Positions 9,615 through 18,622 of a stretch of DNA of 64,000 nt are shown piece by piece. A program made the position numbers and the translations under genes. The notes under the pieces were generated by a model. That model made no database searches, had not been told where the DNA came from, and saw only the letters and a program-made list of their open reading frames with translations. The DNA comes from Candidatus Shapirobacteria bacterium (GTDB lineage: Bacteria > Patescibacteriota > Microgenomatia > UBA12405). The stretch spans positions 81,838-145,837 of the forward strand of contig JBAZSP010000001.1 in NCBI GenBank assembly GCA_041663285.1. The letters are read 5' to 3'. The first letter of the stretch is position 1. Each line of letters opens with the position of its first letter.

Positions 9615-9654
9615 AACGATTTATCATTTTAACTTATTTTTTCTATAATCTACT

Positions 9655-10047
9655 ATGCCTTTAGCCATCTATACCTTTAGAACTTTTCCGATGGTTAAAG
9701 ACCTAAAAAAGCAATTTGCTGGTCTCTTTGTTTTTAGCCATCTCAAGTCCGATATCGAATCTTTTTCCGCTCCAACTGGTAACCTAAATCTAACTGTTCC
9801 GTTTCCTGTCGACTATTTTGATATGTCGAGTAATCGTTTCCCTCTTATTATCTTTGGATTCCAAATGCCCAACTTTTCAATATTCTTATTAGTGTTTTCG
9901 AGCTTGACGTTCTTAGTGCCACCACCACGCTCTTACGCATTTGGTGACATCGGTGGGCTTACCCCTTTTATTAAGTCAATGCAAAAAGACTTTATGGAAG
10001 TAGAATTGCGGGGGATGATTTATTCACGTAGCGACCACGACACCTAA
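9655..10047 (+). CDS. Hypothetical protein, possibly chimeric or degraded
   Basis: TATAAT 5 nt upstream; the stop codon lies within an attC-like ACCTAAC motif. Confidence 0.45.
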   Translation: MPLAIYTFRTFPMVKDLKKQFAGLFVFSHLKSDIESFSAPTGNLNLTVPFPVDYFDMSSNRFPLIIFGFQMPNFSIFLLVFSSLTFLVPPPRSYAFGDIGGLTPFIKSMQKDFMEVELRGMIYSRSDHDT

Positions 10048-10074
10048 CACGGCGCATACGCCGAAACGTTGAGA
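10042..10074 (+). mobile_element. Collapsed attC-like site
   Basis: ACCTAAC (RYYYAAC)-A-CGGCG-CATA-CGCCG-AAAC-GTTGAGA; hairpin closed by AAC/GTT; shorter than a canonical attC. Confidence 0.45.
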
Positions 10075-10106
10075 AAGATTTTCTTTTAGCTTATACTTTT
10101 TTACAA

Positions 10107-10499
10107 GTGAAAAAGAAGAACATACTTTTCGTCATCCTTATTCTCGTAGTACTCGTAGCTCCTTTATATTATATTTTTAATAAAAGCACTCCTTGTTCAA
10201 CAAACTCAGATTGTCAAAGAGATCAGACATGCACTGATAAAAAATGTGTTAAAGTAGGTTGCCTTGGGGAAGGAGAAGCACCTCTCGCCGCCTCAGCAAA
10301 CCCCGAAGCATCCGCTCATCGCCCCAACAAATGTTGTTCTGGATATTCAAAGGTAACACCCGCCAGGCAATATGACGAAAATTGCCGTTACCAAATCATG
10401 CCAGGAGCCATAAGTTTTTTTTGTAGTAAAAAATGCGGCAATGGGTCATGTGATGATGGCGAAACAAAATGTAACTGTCCCCAGGATTGCAAAAGCTAA
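10107..10499 (+). CDS. Membrane-anchored Cys-rich protein (14 Cys)
   Basis: KKK plus TM, then CSTNSDC...CC...CGNGSCDDGETKCNCPQDC. Confidence 0.8.
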   Translation: MKKKNILFVILILVVLVAPLYYIFNKSTPCSTNSDCQRDQTCTDKKCVKVGCLGEGEAPLAASANPEASAHRPNKCCSGYSKVTPARQYDENCRYQIMPGAISFFCSKKCGNGSCDDGETKCNCPQDCKS

Positions 10500-10630
10500 A
10501 GAAAACTTCTTCGTCGCTTCGCTCCTTCGATCCCGTTGCACTCGTTCTCTCATATTGCTCGCGAGATGGGGGGTATAATCAATTCTATCTGGCGGCAACA
10601 TTAGATACTCGCAAACATTAGGCGAAATTT
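10500..10630 (+). mobile_element. Degenerate attC-like element
   Basis: GC-rich CGTCGCTTCGCTCC segment ending ...GATACTCGCAAAC-ATTAGGC-GAAATTT, one mismatch to the GTTAGGC core; the R'' end is not intact. Confidence 0.4.
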
Positions 10631-10654
10631 ATTTTAAATACCTTTAAAATATTT

Positions 10655-11215
10655 ATGAAAAAATATAAGAATATTTGGAATCTGGCGGTAAAATATTTAG
10701 AGAAAGGCATCAATAAAGATTTTGTGATTCATACCGAAGGAGTAGTTAAGGCTATGAAATTGATTCTTAAAAAGGAAAAAGGTAATCCGGATATTTTGAT
10801 ACCGGCCGCTATGCTTCACGATGTAGGCTGGGCAAAAGTTCCAAAAAAATATCAATGTACCACCAACAAAACAGACAAGTTGCAGGGAATGAAACTTCAT
10901 ATTAAATTTGCCCCAGAAATTATTAGAGAAATTCTAAAGTCGTTAAATTATAATGTTTTTCAGATTAATGAAATAATTGATATTGTCAAAGCCCATAAGT
11001 TTAAAAACCCCAAAAAACTTAGTAAGCAAATATTGATTGATGCCGATCAACTTTCCGACGCATTCAAGAAACAATTCTACAGTGATGCAAAAGCTTACAA
11101 AATGACACCAGAAAATAATTATTATATTAGAATAAAGGATAATAATTTCTACACCAAAGTTGCGAAAGATATATTTTTGGAACAGATGGGGCAAAGAAGG
11201 AAAGAATTCGTGTGA
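10655..11215 (+). CDS. HD-domain phosphohydrolase
   Basis: H..(HTEGV), MLHDVGW, AH, DAD; visibly AT-rich. Confidence 0.85.
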   Translation: MKKYKNIWNLAVKYLEKGINKDFVIHTEGVVKAMKLILKKEKGNPDILIPAAMLHDVGWAKVPKKYQCTTNKTDKLQGMKLHIKFAPEIIREILKSLNYNVFQINEIIDIVKAHKFKNPKKLSKQILIDADQLSDAFKKQFYSDAKAYKMTPENNYYIRIKDNNFYTKVAKDIFLEQMGQRRKEFV

Positions 11216-11802
11216 AAATATTTCTCATCGGTCCGGGTGGTGTTGGCAAATCAACTTCTGGGCAGATATTAGCAGGTTTGCTTGGTTACAATTTCATCGA
11301 TCTAGACACGGAATTCTGCCAACGTCTTGAAAATGTTGGTGACTACATAAAAAGGCATGGCTACGAAAAATACTGCTACGAAAATTCAAAACTATTTTAT
11401 GAAATCATAAGCCAGCATTTAGAAAATTTTGTTTTCTCTCTATCGTCTGGATTTTTGGTTCACGAAAATATGGATAATTTAACCATGAAGCACAAACGTA
11501 CTTTGAAAGATCTGGGAATTTCCATTTTGTTACTTCCGTCTAGGTCTTTAGCCACCAGTACCAGAATTGTGGTTAGCAGGCAACTTTTAAGGGGTTTTGG
11601 TCTAAAGGAAGACAGAGAAAAAACAAAAATTATTCAACGCTATCCAAAATATAAGAAGATGGGCGATATAAAAATCTTTTCGCATGCTAAGCCCGAAGCC
11701 ATCGCCAGCCAAATGAAAGAAAAAGTCGCATTTTATATCGAAAAAAACAAAAACATCATTACAAAAGGTGGTCATAAAATCTTAACACTGTTGGTAGGTT
11801 AG
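11212..11802 (+). CDS. Shikimate kinase-like P-loop kinase
   Basis: IFLIGPGGVGKST, FIDLD. Confidence 0.8.
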   Translation: MKIFLIGPGGVGKSTSGQILAGLLGYNFIDLDTEFCQRLENVGDYIKRHGYEKYCYENSKLFYEIISQHLENFVFSLSSGFLVHENMDNLTMKHKRTLKDLGISILLLPSRSLATSTRIVVSRQLLRGFGLKEDREKTKIIQRYPKYKKMGDIKIFSHAKPEAIASQMKEKVAFYIEKNKNIITKGGHKILTLLVG

Positions 11803-11849
11803 AATAGGAAAATTTGCAGTACCTTGCATTTGTTATAATCATCCTAACT

Positions 11850-12272
11850 ATGGACTGGTCAGAATTCGATAGAGGAGTTTTTTTACTTAACGTACTCGCA
11901 ATTGTTTACAACCCCCAAACACGACAAATTTTGATTGGTTTGCGACAAAACGATCCGTATTTAAAGGAGTTATCCTGGTGCTTCCCCGGTGGTCGGCCGG
12001 CTTATGAAAACGATCTGGAGTATTATTTGAAGCTTGAGGTCAAAAAAAAGACTAATTTGGATATCGAAGTAAAAAATATAATTTTCGCCAAAACTTATCC
12101 CGAAAAAAGAGAGTTTTTATCAATTTACTACCATTGTGAAGTCGTTGGTGGCCAGGAAAAAGTCGGAGAAAAATTTGTTGACTTAAAGTGGACTAAACCC
12201 TCCGAAGTTCAAAGTTACTTCACCACCTCATTGCATCCGATTATCCTAAACTACTTAAAAACTCTCGACTAA
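11850..12272 (+). CDS. NUDIX hydrolase
   Basis: WCFPGG...LKLEVKKKTNL, a degenerate Nudix box; TGtTATAAT at 11831-11839 supports ATG 11850. Confidence 0.8.
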   Translation: MDWSEFDRGVFLLNVLAIVYNPQTRQILIGLRQNDPYLKELSWCFPGGRPAYENDLEYYLKLEVKKKTNLDIEVKNIIFAKTYPEKREFLSIYYHCEVVGGQEKVGEKFVDLKWTKPSEVQSYFTTSLHPIILNYLKTLD

Positions 12273-12275
12273 CTG

Positions 12276-13679
12276 CTATTTAATCCTTGGAAACAGTGGT
12301 TTTTCCAGCCCCTTCCCGTTAGTTAAGGTCTCTTTGATCTTCTTGGCTGTTTCCGGCATTACCGGCTCCAAATACTCGGCCGCTACTAATAGATTTTCTC
12401 CTGCCAACTTTAGTACTTCCAATCTATTTGGATCATCCGTTGCCAATTTCCACGGGGCCACTTCGTTCAGCCTGACGTTAGTATTATCAACGTAATTGGC
12501 AAACACCCATCCAATCGCCTCATCAAATCTCAAGTTGTTTACATGATCAATATAGTTTTGATTTATTCTTGAATCATGAATCATGAATCTTGTTTCAGAA
12601 CTTAGTTTTGCCACTCTTGACACCAAGTTTCCCAGATTATTGGCCAGATCGGCGTTATATCTTTCTTTGAATCTCTCAATTCCAATATCGCTATCATTTT
12701 CCGTCGGGATTGATCTGGCTATCAGGTACCTGGATCCGTCAACTCCGAACAAGTCAATCAACTGCTGAGGCGAGATGACATTACCCAAAGATTTCGACAT
12801 TTTTTGGCCATCAATAATATAAAAACTATGGGTGTAGGTCTTTACTGGTAAAGGTAGCTCGGCCGACAAAAGCATTGCTTGCCAGATGACCGTATGAAAC
12901 CAGAGGATTTCTTTTCCCAAAAGGTGCAGTGATGCCGGCCAATACTCATTTTTGCCCTCAACAAACTGGCAAGCGCTGTAATAATTCAACAACGCATCAA
13001 ACCACACATACACCGTTTGTGATGGGTCCCAGGGGGTGGGAATTCCCCACTTAACATTTTCCCGGCTTATTGAAACATCCTTTACTCCTGCCTTTAGTTT
13101 TGCCAATACCTCCGATCTCTTGCCTTCGGGGAATATATAATTAGTTCCGGAATCTTCGATTAACTTAATAATTACCGGGACGTATTTACTTAATTTAAAA
13201 AACCAATTATCTTCACTTTTCCAGACCGTCTTTTCCGGCGGGTGAAGCAGGCAATGCTTATCCACCATGTCCGTCTCGGTCAAAAACTTTTCACAGCCAA
13301 TGCAGTAATAACCCTCATATTTACCCCGGTAAACATCACCGTTATCGTATATCTTTTGAAGAATTTGGTTTACGACTTGCTTGTGTCTTGGGTCGGTAGT
13401 TCTGATAAAAAAATCATGGCTGATATTCATCGCCTTCCAGGCTTCTTCAAAACGGGGGGCAATTTTGTCGCAATAATCCTGTGGTTCCAGGCCTTCTTTA
13501 GCGGCTGATTCGGCAACTTTTTGACCGTGCTCATCCGTTCCGGTCAAAAAAAAGACTTCTTCGCCTAATTTACGGTGTAATCTGGCGATAACGTCAGCCG
13601 CTACCGTCGTGCTGGCGTGGCCAATGTGGGGAACGTCATTAATATAGTAAATCGGGGTGGTTACAAAAAACTTTTTCAT
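12276..13679 (-). CDS. metG: Methionyl-tRNA synthetase (short form)
   Basis: TTPIYYIN..HIGH, GTDEHG, YVWFDAL, KMSKS. Confidence 0.97.
   Translation of the reverse strand: MKKFFVTTPIYYINDVPHIGHASTTVAADVIARLHRKLGEEVFFLTGTDEHGQKVAESAAKEGLEPQDYCDKIAPRFEEAWKAMNISHDFFIRTTDPRHKQVVNQILQKIYDNGDVYRGKYEGYYCIGCEKFLTETDMVDKHCLLHPPEKTVWKSEDNWFFKLSKYVPVIIKLIEDSGTNYIFPEGKRSEVLAKLKAGVKDVSISRENVKWGIPTPWDPSQTVYVWFDALLNYYSACQFVEGKNEYWPASLHLLGKEILWFHTVIWQAMLLSAELPLPVKTYTHSFYIIDGQKMSKSLGNVISPQQLIDLFGVDGSRYLIARSIPTENDSDIGIERFKERYNADLANNLGNLVSRVAKLSSETRFMIHDSRINQNYIDHVNNLRFDEAIGWVFANYVDNTNVRLNEVAPWKLATDDPNRLEVLKLAGENLLVAAEYLEPVMPETAKKIKETLTNGKGLEKPLFPRIK
12571..12591. repeat. 3 x 7-bp tandem repeat inside metG
   Basis: GAATCAT GAATCAT GAATCTT; read within RFMIHDSR on the - strand. 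Confidence 0.75.
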
Positions 13680-13724
13680 CGCTGCCTAAAAAACAATAAC
13701 TCTATTCTACCTGAACAGCTTAAA

Positions 13725-13994
13725 CTACGCCATTTTTTTAGCTGGTTTGGCCGGCTTTAGGCTCTCCACTTTTCTTGAAAAACGGGCTTTTAGTCTCTTG
13801 GCCTTATTCAGGTGAAAGATATTGTTTTTTACCGCTTTGTCTACTACCGAAAAAACCAGACTCAAACCTTCCTGGCTCGGCTTAGCCAAAAACTTCTTAA
13901 TCTCTATTTTTGTTTTTCTGGTTAAATTATCATTCCGTTTCCGGTTTTTAATTGATTTCCTCAATGATTTTTTGGCTGATAAACTTATTGGCAT
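13725..13994 (-). CDS. rpsT: 30S ribosomal protein S20
   Basis: MP...SAKKSLRKS..NR..N; DKAVKNNIFHLNKAKRLK. Confidence 0.92.
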   Translation of the reverse strand: MPISLSAKKSLRKSIKNRKRNDNLTRKTKIEIKKFLAKPSQEGLSLVFSVVDKAVKNNIFHLNKAKRLKARFSRKVESLKPAKPAKKMA

Positions 13995-14086
13995 GGTCAG
14001 TATTTTAGACTAAGACGCCCTGTTTTACAATTGTCAGGGTTTGCTCGTAGCTTTTTTACCTTTTCTCTACTATAAAATATAGCGTA

Positions 14087-15724
14087 ATGACCATTCAGGA
14101 CCGGATCAAACAAATTACTACCCAAAAGCAGAGCACCATTATTTCGGCGTCAATTGTATTGGGCTTGACATTCGGTCTTTCAGCCATATTAGGTTTTCTA
14201 CGAAGTCGCTTTCTTTACTCCCGGTTCTTTTCTTGTTGTGTCAGTCAGCTGGACGCCTATAACGCTGCTTTCCGTTTGCCCGACTTACTTTTTAAATTGC
14301 TGGTTACCGGAGCCTTATCGGCTTCGTTTATCCCGGTGTTTTCAAGCTACCTTCACCAGGACGAAAAACGAGCCAACAAGATGGCTTCGGTAATTATTAA
14401 CCTCTTGCTCTTGATTTTTATATCTGCCGGAGTATTAGCCTTAATCTTCACCCGACCGATTTCCGAGCTAATCGCCACCGGTTTTTCCCCCGCCCAAATC
14501 GACCTTATGGTCGGCTTAAGCCGGATACTTCTGATAGCCCAACTATTTTTCCTTATCAGTAATTTTATTACCGGAATACTTCAGGTTCACCAGGCCTTCC
14601 TTATACCGGCGTTTTCTCCCATAATTTACAATATCTTTATTATCCTTGGAATTTTTGCCCTTAGCCCGACCTTTGGTATTTATGGAGTGGCTTATGGTGT
14701 TGTTGTTGGCGCCTTTTTCCATTTGGCGATCCAAATACCGGTGGTCCGAAAATTCGGCTTTCACTATTCATTTACTCTTGACACCAAAAGCCATGGTGTC
14801 CGTGAAGTGTTCCGGTTAATGTTACCCCGAAGCTTATCGCTGGGCTTGGGCGAAATCGAAAACACCGTCACCCTCTTTTTTGCCAGCACCCTGGCCGTTG
14901 GTTCGATCTCTCTTTTAAACTTAGCTCTTCAATTAATTTTTTTACCCAGCCGGATTTTTGGTACCACCGTTGGCCAGGCCTCCCTGCCGATTCTTTCCAA
15001 AAACATTGCCCACAACGAGCTCGATCAGTTCAAATCCACTGTCGATAAAGCCATATTCCAAAGTCTTTTTATATCTCTGCCCGTCGGCATCTTAATGCTG
15101 GTTCTAAGGTTACCTATAGTTAGGATTGTCTTCGGCGCCAGGCAGTTTCCTTGGTCTGCTACTCTCCAAACTGCCAGGATTTTAGCCTTTTTGTTTCCGG
15201 TAATCGTCTGCCAGGCTGTCATCCAAATTTTGATCCGCTCGTTTTATGCCCTTCACAACACCAAGACACCTTTATATGTATCGGCTGTTTCTCTTACCGT
15301 CAACGTCCTGATTAATTTTTTATTAATTAATTTTACTTCACTCGGAGTTGTGGGTTTGGCCATCAGTACTTCTGTCGGTAATCTCATCCAGATGACTGGC
15401 TTGTTCTACCTCTTTTGCCAAATAGTTCCCAATTTTGTTGGTTATACCACTTTCCTGCGGGTTGGCAAAATATTTCTGGCCTCAGCCAGCCTTGGTCTCT
15501 CGTCTTGGCTTGCCCTAAGGCTCTTTGACTCCCCAACTTTGCTTGATACTTCCAAAACTGTCAATCTGATTTTCCTTTCGGCCATCTCCTTTATCATTGG
15601 AGGAGCCACCTACTTGTTTGTTTCCCGGCTTCTTCGGGTTAGCGAGCTGGAAGATTACAAAAACATTTGGCTTAAGTTCAAGGCCATAATTCGTAATTTT
15701 AAACTCGCCAAAGCTGTAGGCTAA
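14087..15724 (+). CDS. murJ: Lipid II flippase MurJ
   Basis: DAYNAAFRLPDLL, GALSASFIPVF, RSFYALHNTKTP; many TMs. Confidence 0.95.
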   Translation: MTIQDRIKQITTQKQSTIISASIVLGLTFGLSAILGFLRSRFLYSRFFSCCVSQLDAYNAAFRLPDLLFKLLVTGALSASFIPVFSSYLHQDEKRANKMASVIINLLLLIFISAGVLALIFTRPISELIATGFSPAQIDLMVGLSRILLIAQLFFLISNFITGILQVHQAFLIPAFSPIIYNIFIILGIFALSPTFGIYGVAYGVVVGAFFHLAIQIPVVRKFGFHYSFTLDTKSHGVREVFRLMLPRSLSLGLGEIENTVTLFFASTLAVGSISLLNLALQLIFLPSRIFGTTVGQASLPILSKNIAHNELDQFKSTVDKAIFQSLFISLPVGILMLVLRLPIVRIVFGARQFPWSATLQTARILAFLFPVIVCQAVIQILIRSFYALHNTKTPLYVSAVSLTVNVLINFLLINFTSLGVVGLAISTSVGNLIQMTGLFYLFCQIVPNFVGYTTFLRVGKIFLASASLGLSSWLALRLFDSPTLLDTSKTVNLIFLSAISFIIGGATYLFVSRLLRVSELEDYKNIWLKFKAIIRNFKLAKAVG

Positions 15725-15823
15725 GACCAGCATAGTAAAATATTTTTTTTGGCAACGGGAAACAGGTACTTAATATCCTCGACGGTTTATTTCCCAACTT
15801 CAGTCGTATATACTGATTTAGAT

Positions 15824-16393
15824 ATGCCTGCCAAAAAGGAAATTTCACTATTACCTGATTCCGAAAATGTTAATTCCTTTAGTTCCCGTCTACTCCGTTG
15901 GCTGACAACTGCCGGCCGGTTTGTCATCGTCTTTACCGAGTTAATTGTAATCTGCGCTTTTATCTCTCGCTTTTGGCTCGACCGCAAAAACTCCGATCTC
16001 TCCGAAATCCTACGCCAGCAGAAAGCTATTCTTGAAAGCACCCAAACTTTCGAAAAAGAATACGCTCTGCTCCAGCAGCGTCTAAAATTTATCAAAGGTT
16101 TTTACCAAAATCAGCCCAAATATTCTAAACAATTATATTCCTTAATTGAATCGACTCCTCCCGACATTGTTTTCCAAAAAATGGATCTGGCAGCCGATAC
16201 CAAAACCGGCAAAATTACGGCCAATGTTGACCTTGAAGCTTTTAAGGAAGAATCTTTGGTTGATTTTGTCACCAATCTGATGGTCAACCCCAACATCGAG
16301 AGCGTAGTGGTCAACACCATTACTAAAAAGCCCAAACAGAACAACTACCAAATCAAAGTTTCTCTTCTTTTTACCAATCAACCCAAAGGTTAA
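15824..16393 (+). CDS. PilN-like type IV pilus alignment protein
   Basis: ISLLP motif, TM, coiled coil, then a ferredoxin-like P.DI...FVTNL domain; ATG 15824 follows TATACT. Confidence 0.65.
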   Translation: MPAKKEISLLPDSENVNSFSSRLLRWLTTAGRFVIVFTELIVICAFISRFWLDRKNSDLSEILRQQKAILESTQTFEKEYALLQQRLKFIKGFYQNQPKYSKQLYSLIESTPPDIVFQKMDLAADTKTGKITANVDLEAFKEESLVDFVTNLMVNPNIESVVVNTITKKPKQNNYQIKVSLLFTNQPKG

Positions 16394-17034
16394 TGCCAAT
16401 ATCTTCATTTTCCCAATCAAAGCCGCTCTACGAATTCCTCCGAAAACAGCAGGATAATGAAAAATTCAACCGCGGATTGGAAATCACCGGTACCTTTATT
16501 TTAATTTCTTTTTTTCTTTTCTTCGCCATCAAGCCTACCGCCTACACCATCTCATCTCTTTTGGGTGATATAAGGTCGAAAGAGGAATTAATAAAAAAAA
16601 TGAGGACCAAAATCAATACCGTTATTCAAGCCCAGGAATCCTTTTCCCTTATCCAGGGTAAGTACCGCCTGGTTGACTCCAGTCTGCCCGATTCTGCCAG
16701 GTTCAACCAAGCTTACACCCAAGTTACTGGTTCCCTTCAGTCATCCGGCTTAAATCAATCCAAAATCCCTTTTTCTCTTCCCCTAAATTCTTCTTATCCG
16801 GCTTCTTCCCATGTGTCGGTTTTCGCCTCCAATTTGGCACTGGACGCCAGTTTCTCACAAGCTGTAAATTTTATTAATAAACTCACCAACAATCGACGAC
16901 TAGTTGACATCAAGTCGATTTCTTTTTTCCGTCCCAGTATTGGATCAGGCACCGATTCATCTTCTGGTACCATTAAGGTCAATTTTGGGATAGAGTATTT
17001 ATATTGGGACTCAACATCAAATGAAAAAAAGTAA
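16393..17034 (+). CDS. PilO-like protein
   Basis: TM (FFAIKPT), coiled coil, SLPD, FINKL.NNRRLVDIKSI; coupled to the PilN-like gene. Confidence 0.65.
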   Translation: MPISSFSQSKPLYEFLRKQQDNEKFNRGLEITGTFILISFFLFFAIKPTAYTISSLLGDIRSKEELIKKMRTKINTVIQAQESFSLIQGKYRLVDSSLPDSARFNQAYTQVTGSLQSSGLNQSKIPFSLPLNSSYPASSHVSVFASNLALDASFSQAVNFINKLTNNRRLVDIKSISFFRPSIGSGTDSSSGTIKVNFGIEYLYWDSTSNEKK

Positions 17035-17269
17035 GCTTTCCAGCTATCTCATAACCTTTTCCGTTATCACCTTCCTTACTATCTTTTTTCTAATTGCCGA
17101 AAACAGCTATTCCAAAATGGTCGGTCCCATCAAGATTGCCCAGGCCAACAATTTAATGACTCCGGTCGATCCTAATCTCGACTCCGATGTTGTTCTCCAA
17201 ATTGAAAATCGGGACGAATTTGTTTCCGATGATCAGGTAGTCATATCTTCTTTACCCGCCAATGATTAA
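17021..17269 (+). CDS. Small single-TM hypothetical protein (position of PilP)
   Basis: Overlaps both neighbours; TM followed by PVDPNLD. Confidence 0.6.
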   Translation: MKKSKLSSYLITFSVITFLTIFFLIAENSYSKMVGPIKIAQANNLMTPVDPNLDSDVVLQIENRDEFVSDDQVVISSLPAND

Positions 17270-18569
17270 AGAAATAAAGATTCCGACCATATTAGGCACT
17301 TTCCTGTTAATCTTTGGTCTGACCGGAGGACTATATTTGACCACTAACCCCACCGCCTTTGGCTCCAAAGCAAACGCTTCCTGCCAGCCCCAAAATCCCC
17401 AAGTTACAAACATTACTAACAATTCGTTTGATGTTTCTTTTTTAACCACATCCGCCTGTTCCTGCTCACTCCAGGTAGAAAATCTCCCCTACCTCGATGT
17501 CAAAGAAAACTCACCGGTTCATTATTTCCAAGTTACCAATCTCAAAGCTTCTACCCCCTATCAATATCAATTTATTTGTCAAGATGCCGTTTATCAAAAA
17601 TCCGAATATCAAATTACCACCGCCATTTCGCCTTCTACACCCTCTTCAACCTCAACTTTAGCTTGGGGTAAAGTTCTAGTTGCCTCACAGCAACCCGCTC
17701 CAAATTCGATTGTTTATCTTAACATCCCCGGAGCTTCACCTTTATCAGCCTTGGTTACTTCGGATGGCAATTGGGCCATCCCTCACGCCATCTCTTTTAA
17801 CGACCTAAGGACCGACTGGTTTAACCCTCCGGCCAATACCGCCGAGGATCTCATTATCATCTCCGCCGACGGGCCCCAAACCCAAATCCTGGGTAGCACC
17901 TCCTCGAATTCACCTGTACCGGATATCATTCTTGGCCAGGATCAGTTAAATCCGCAAGATCATCCCGTCGATTCTGCGCTGGGTGATTTACCTACCTCAT
18001 CGTCCCAGCCGATAACAACACTTGAGTTGACCAACCCCAAGGACGGTGAAGTAGTCCACACTAGTCAGCCGGAATTTTTTGGGAAAGCCCCGGAAAACTC
18101 TATTCTGCAAATAACTATAGAATCCGACCAGGTAATAAATGAACAACTTGCAGTTGGTCAGGACGGTCGTTGGTCATATGCTTCGCCAACCGGCCTCGCT
18201 CCCGGTGAACACACCATTATCATAAAAGTCCAAAATCCGGTCACTCAAATTTGGCAAACTATCACCCGCCGTTTTGTTGTTAATGCTCAGTCGGGTGGTG
18301 ACTCCCTGGCTTTTACCGCTTCAGCATCGGCCACCTTAGCTCCGACAGCTCTCCCTTCTCCAAGTCAACGTCCCACCCAGACCATCTCACCGACAATCTC
18401 TCAAATTACCCCCACCCACATACCGACGGTGGCACCTACCGTTATTATTGTCCAGCCTAGTGTTACCGGGCCACTGGAGAAAACCAGTAACGTTATTCCC
18501 ACCTCGCTGTTATTCTTTTTTGCCGCAGCGGCCTTTGTGTCCGGCTTGTTACTTATCAGGAAAAATTAA
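17262..18569 (+). CDS. Surface protein with FN3/Ig-like domains, PT stalk and C-terminal sorting-like signal
   Basis: VTNITNNSFDVSF...HYFQVTNLKASTPY (FN3-like); DGRWSY...LAPGEHTI (Ig-like); tail LEKTS-hydrophobic-RK. Confidence 0.8.
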   Translation: MIKEIKIPTILGTFLLIFGLTGGLYLTTNPTAFGSKANASCQPQNPQVTNITNNSFDVSFLTTSACSCSLQVENLPYLDVKENSPVHYFQVTNLKASTPYQYQFICQDAVYQKSEYQITTAISPSTPSSTSTLAWGKVLVASQQPAPNSIVYLNIPGASPLSALVTSDGNWAIPHAISFNDLRTDWFNPPANTAEDLIIISADGPQTQILGSTSSNSPVPDIILGQDQLNPQDHPVDSALGDLPTSSSQPITTLELTNPKDGEVVHTSQPEFFGKAPENSILQITIESDQVINEQLAVGQDGRWSYASPTGLAPGEHTIIIKVQNPVTQIWQTITRRFVVNAQSGGDSLAFTASASATLAPTALPSPSQRPTQTISPTISQITPTHIPTVAPTVIIVQPSVTGPLEKTSNVIPTSLLFFFAAAAFVSGLLLIRKN

Positions 18570-18622
18570 GTTATTCATGTATTGCATCCGGCATAACAAT
18601 CGTCTAAACTGGTATCAAATCA

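Noticed and set aside
11212-11802. Calling the kinase aroK of a shikimate pathway
   Set aside because: No other aro genes in the window and a cassette-like context; substrate unknown
11779-11806. ATCTTAAC...GTTAGAAT at the end of the kinase gene as a third attC
   Set aside because: Matches neither RYYYAAC nor GTTRRRY exactly and has no inner stem; too weak
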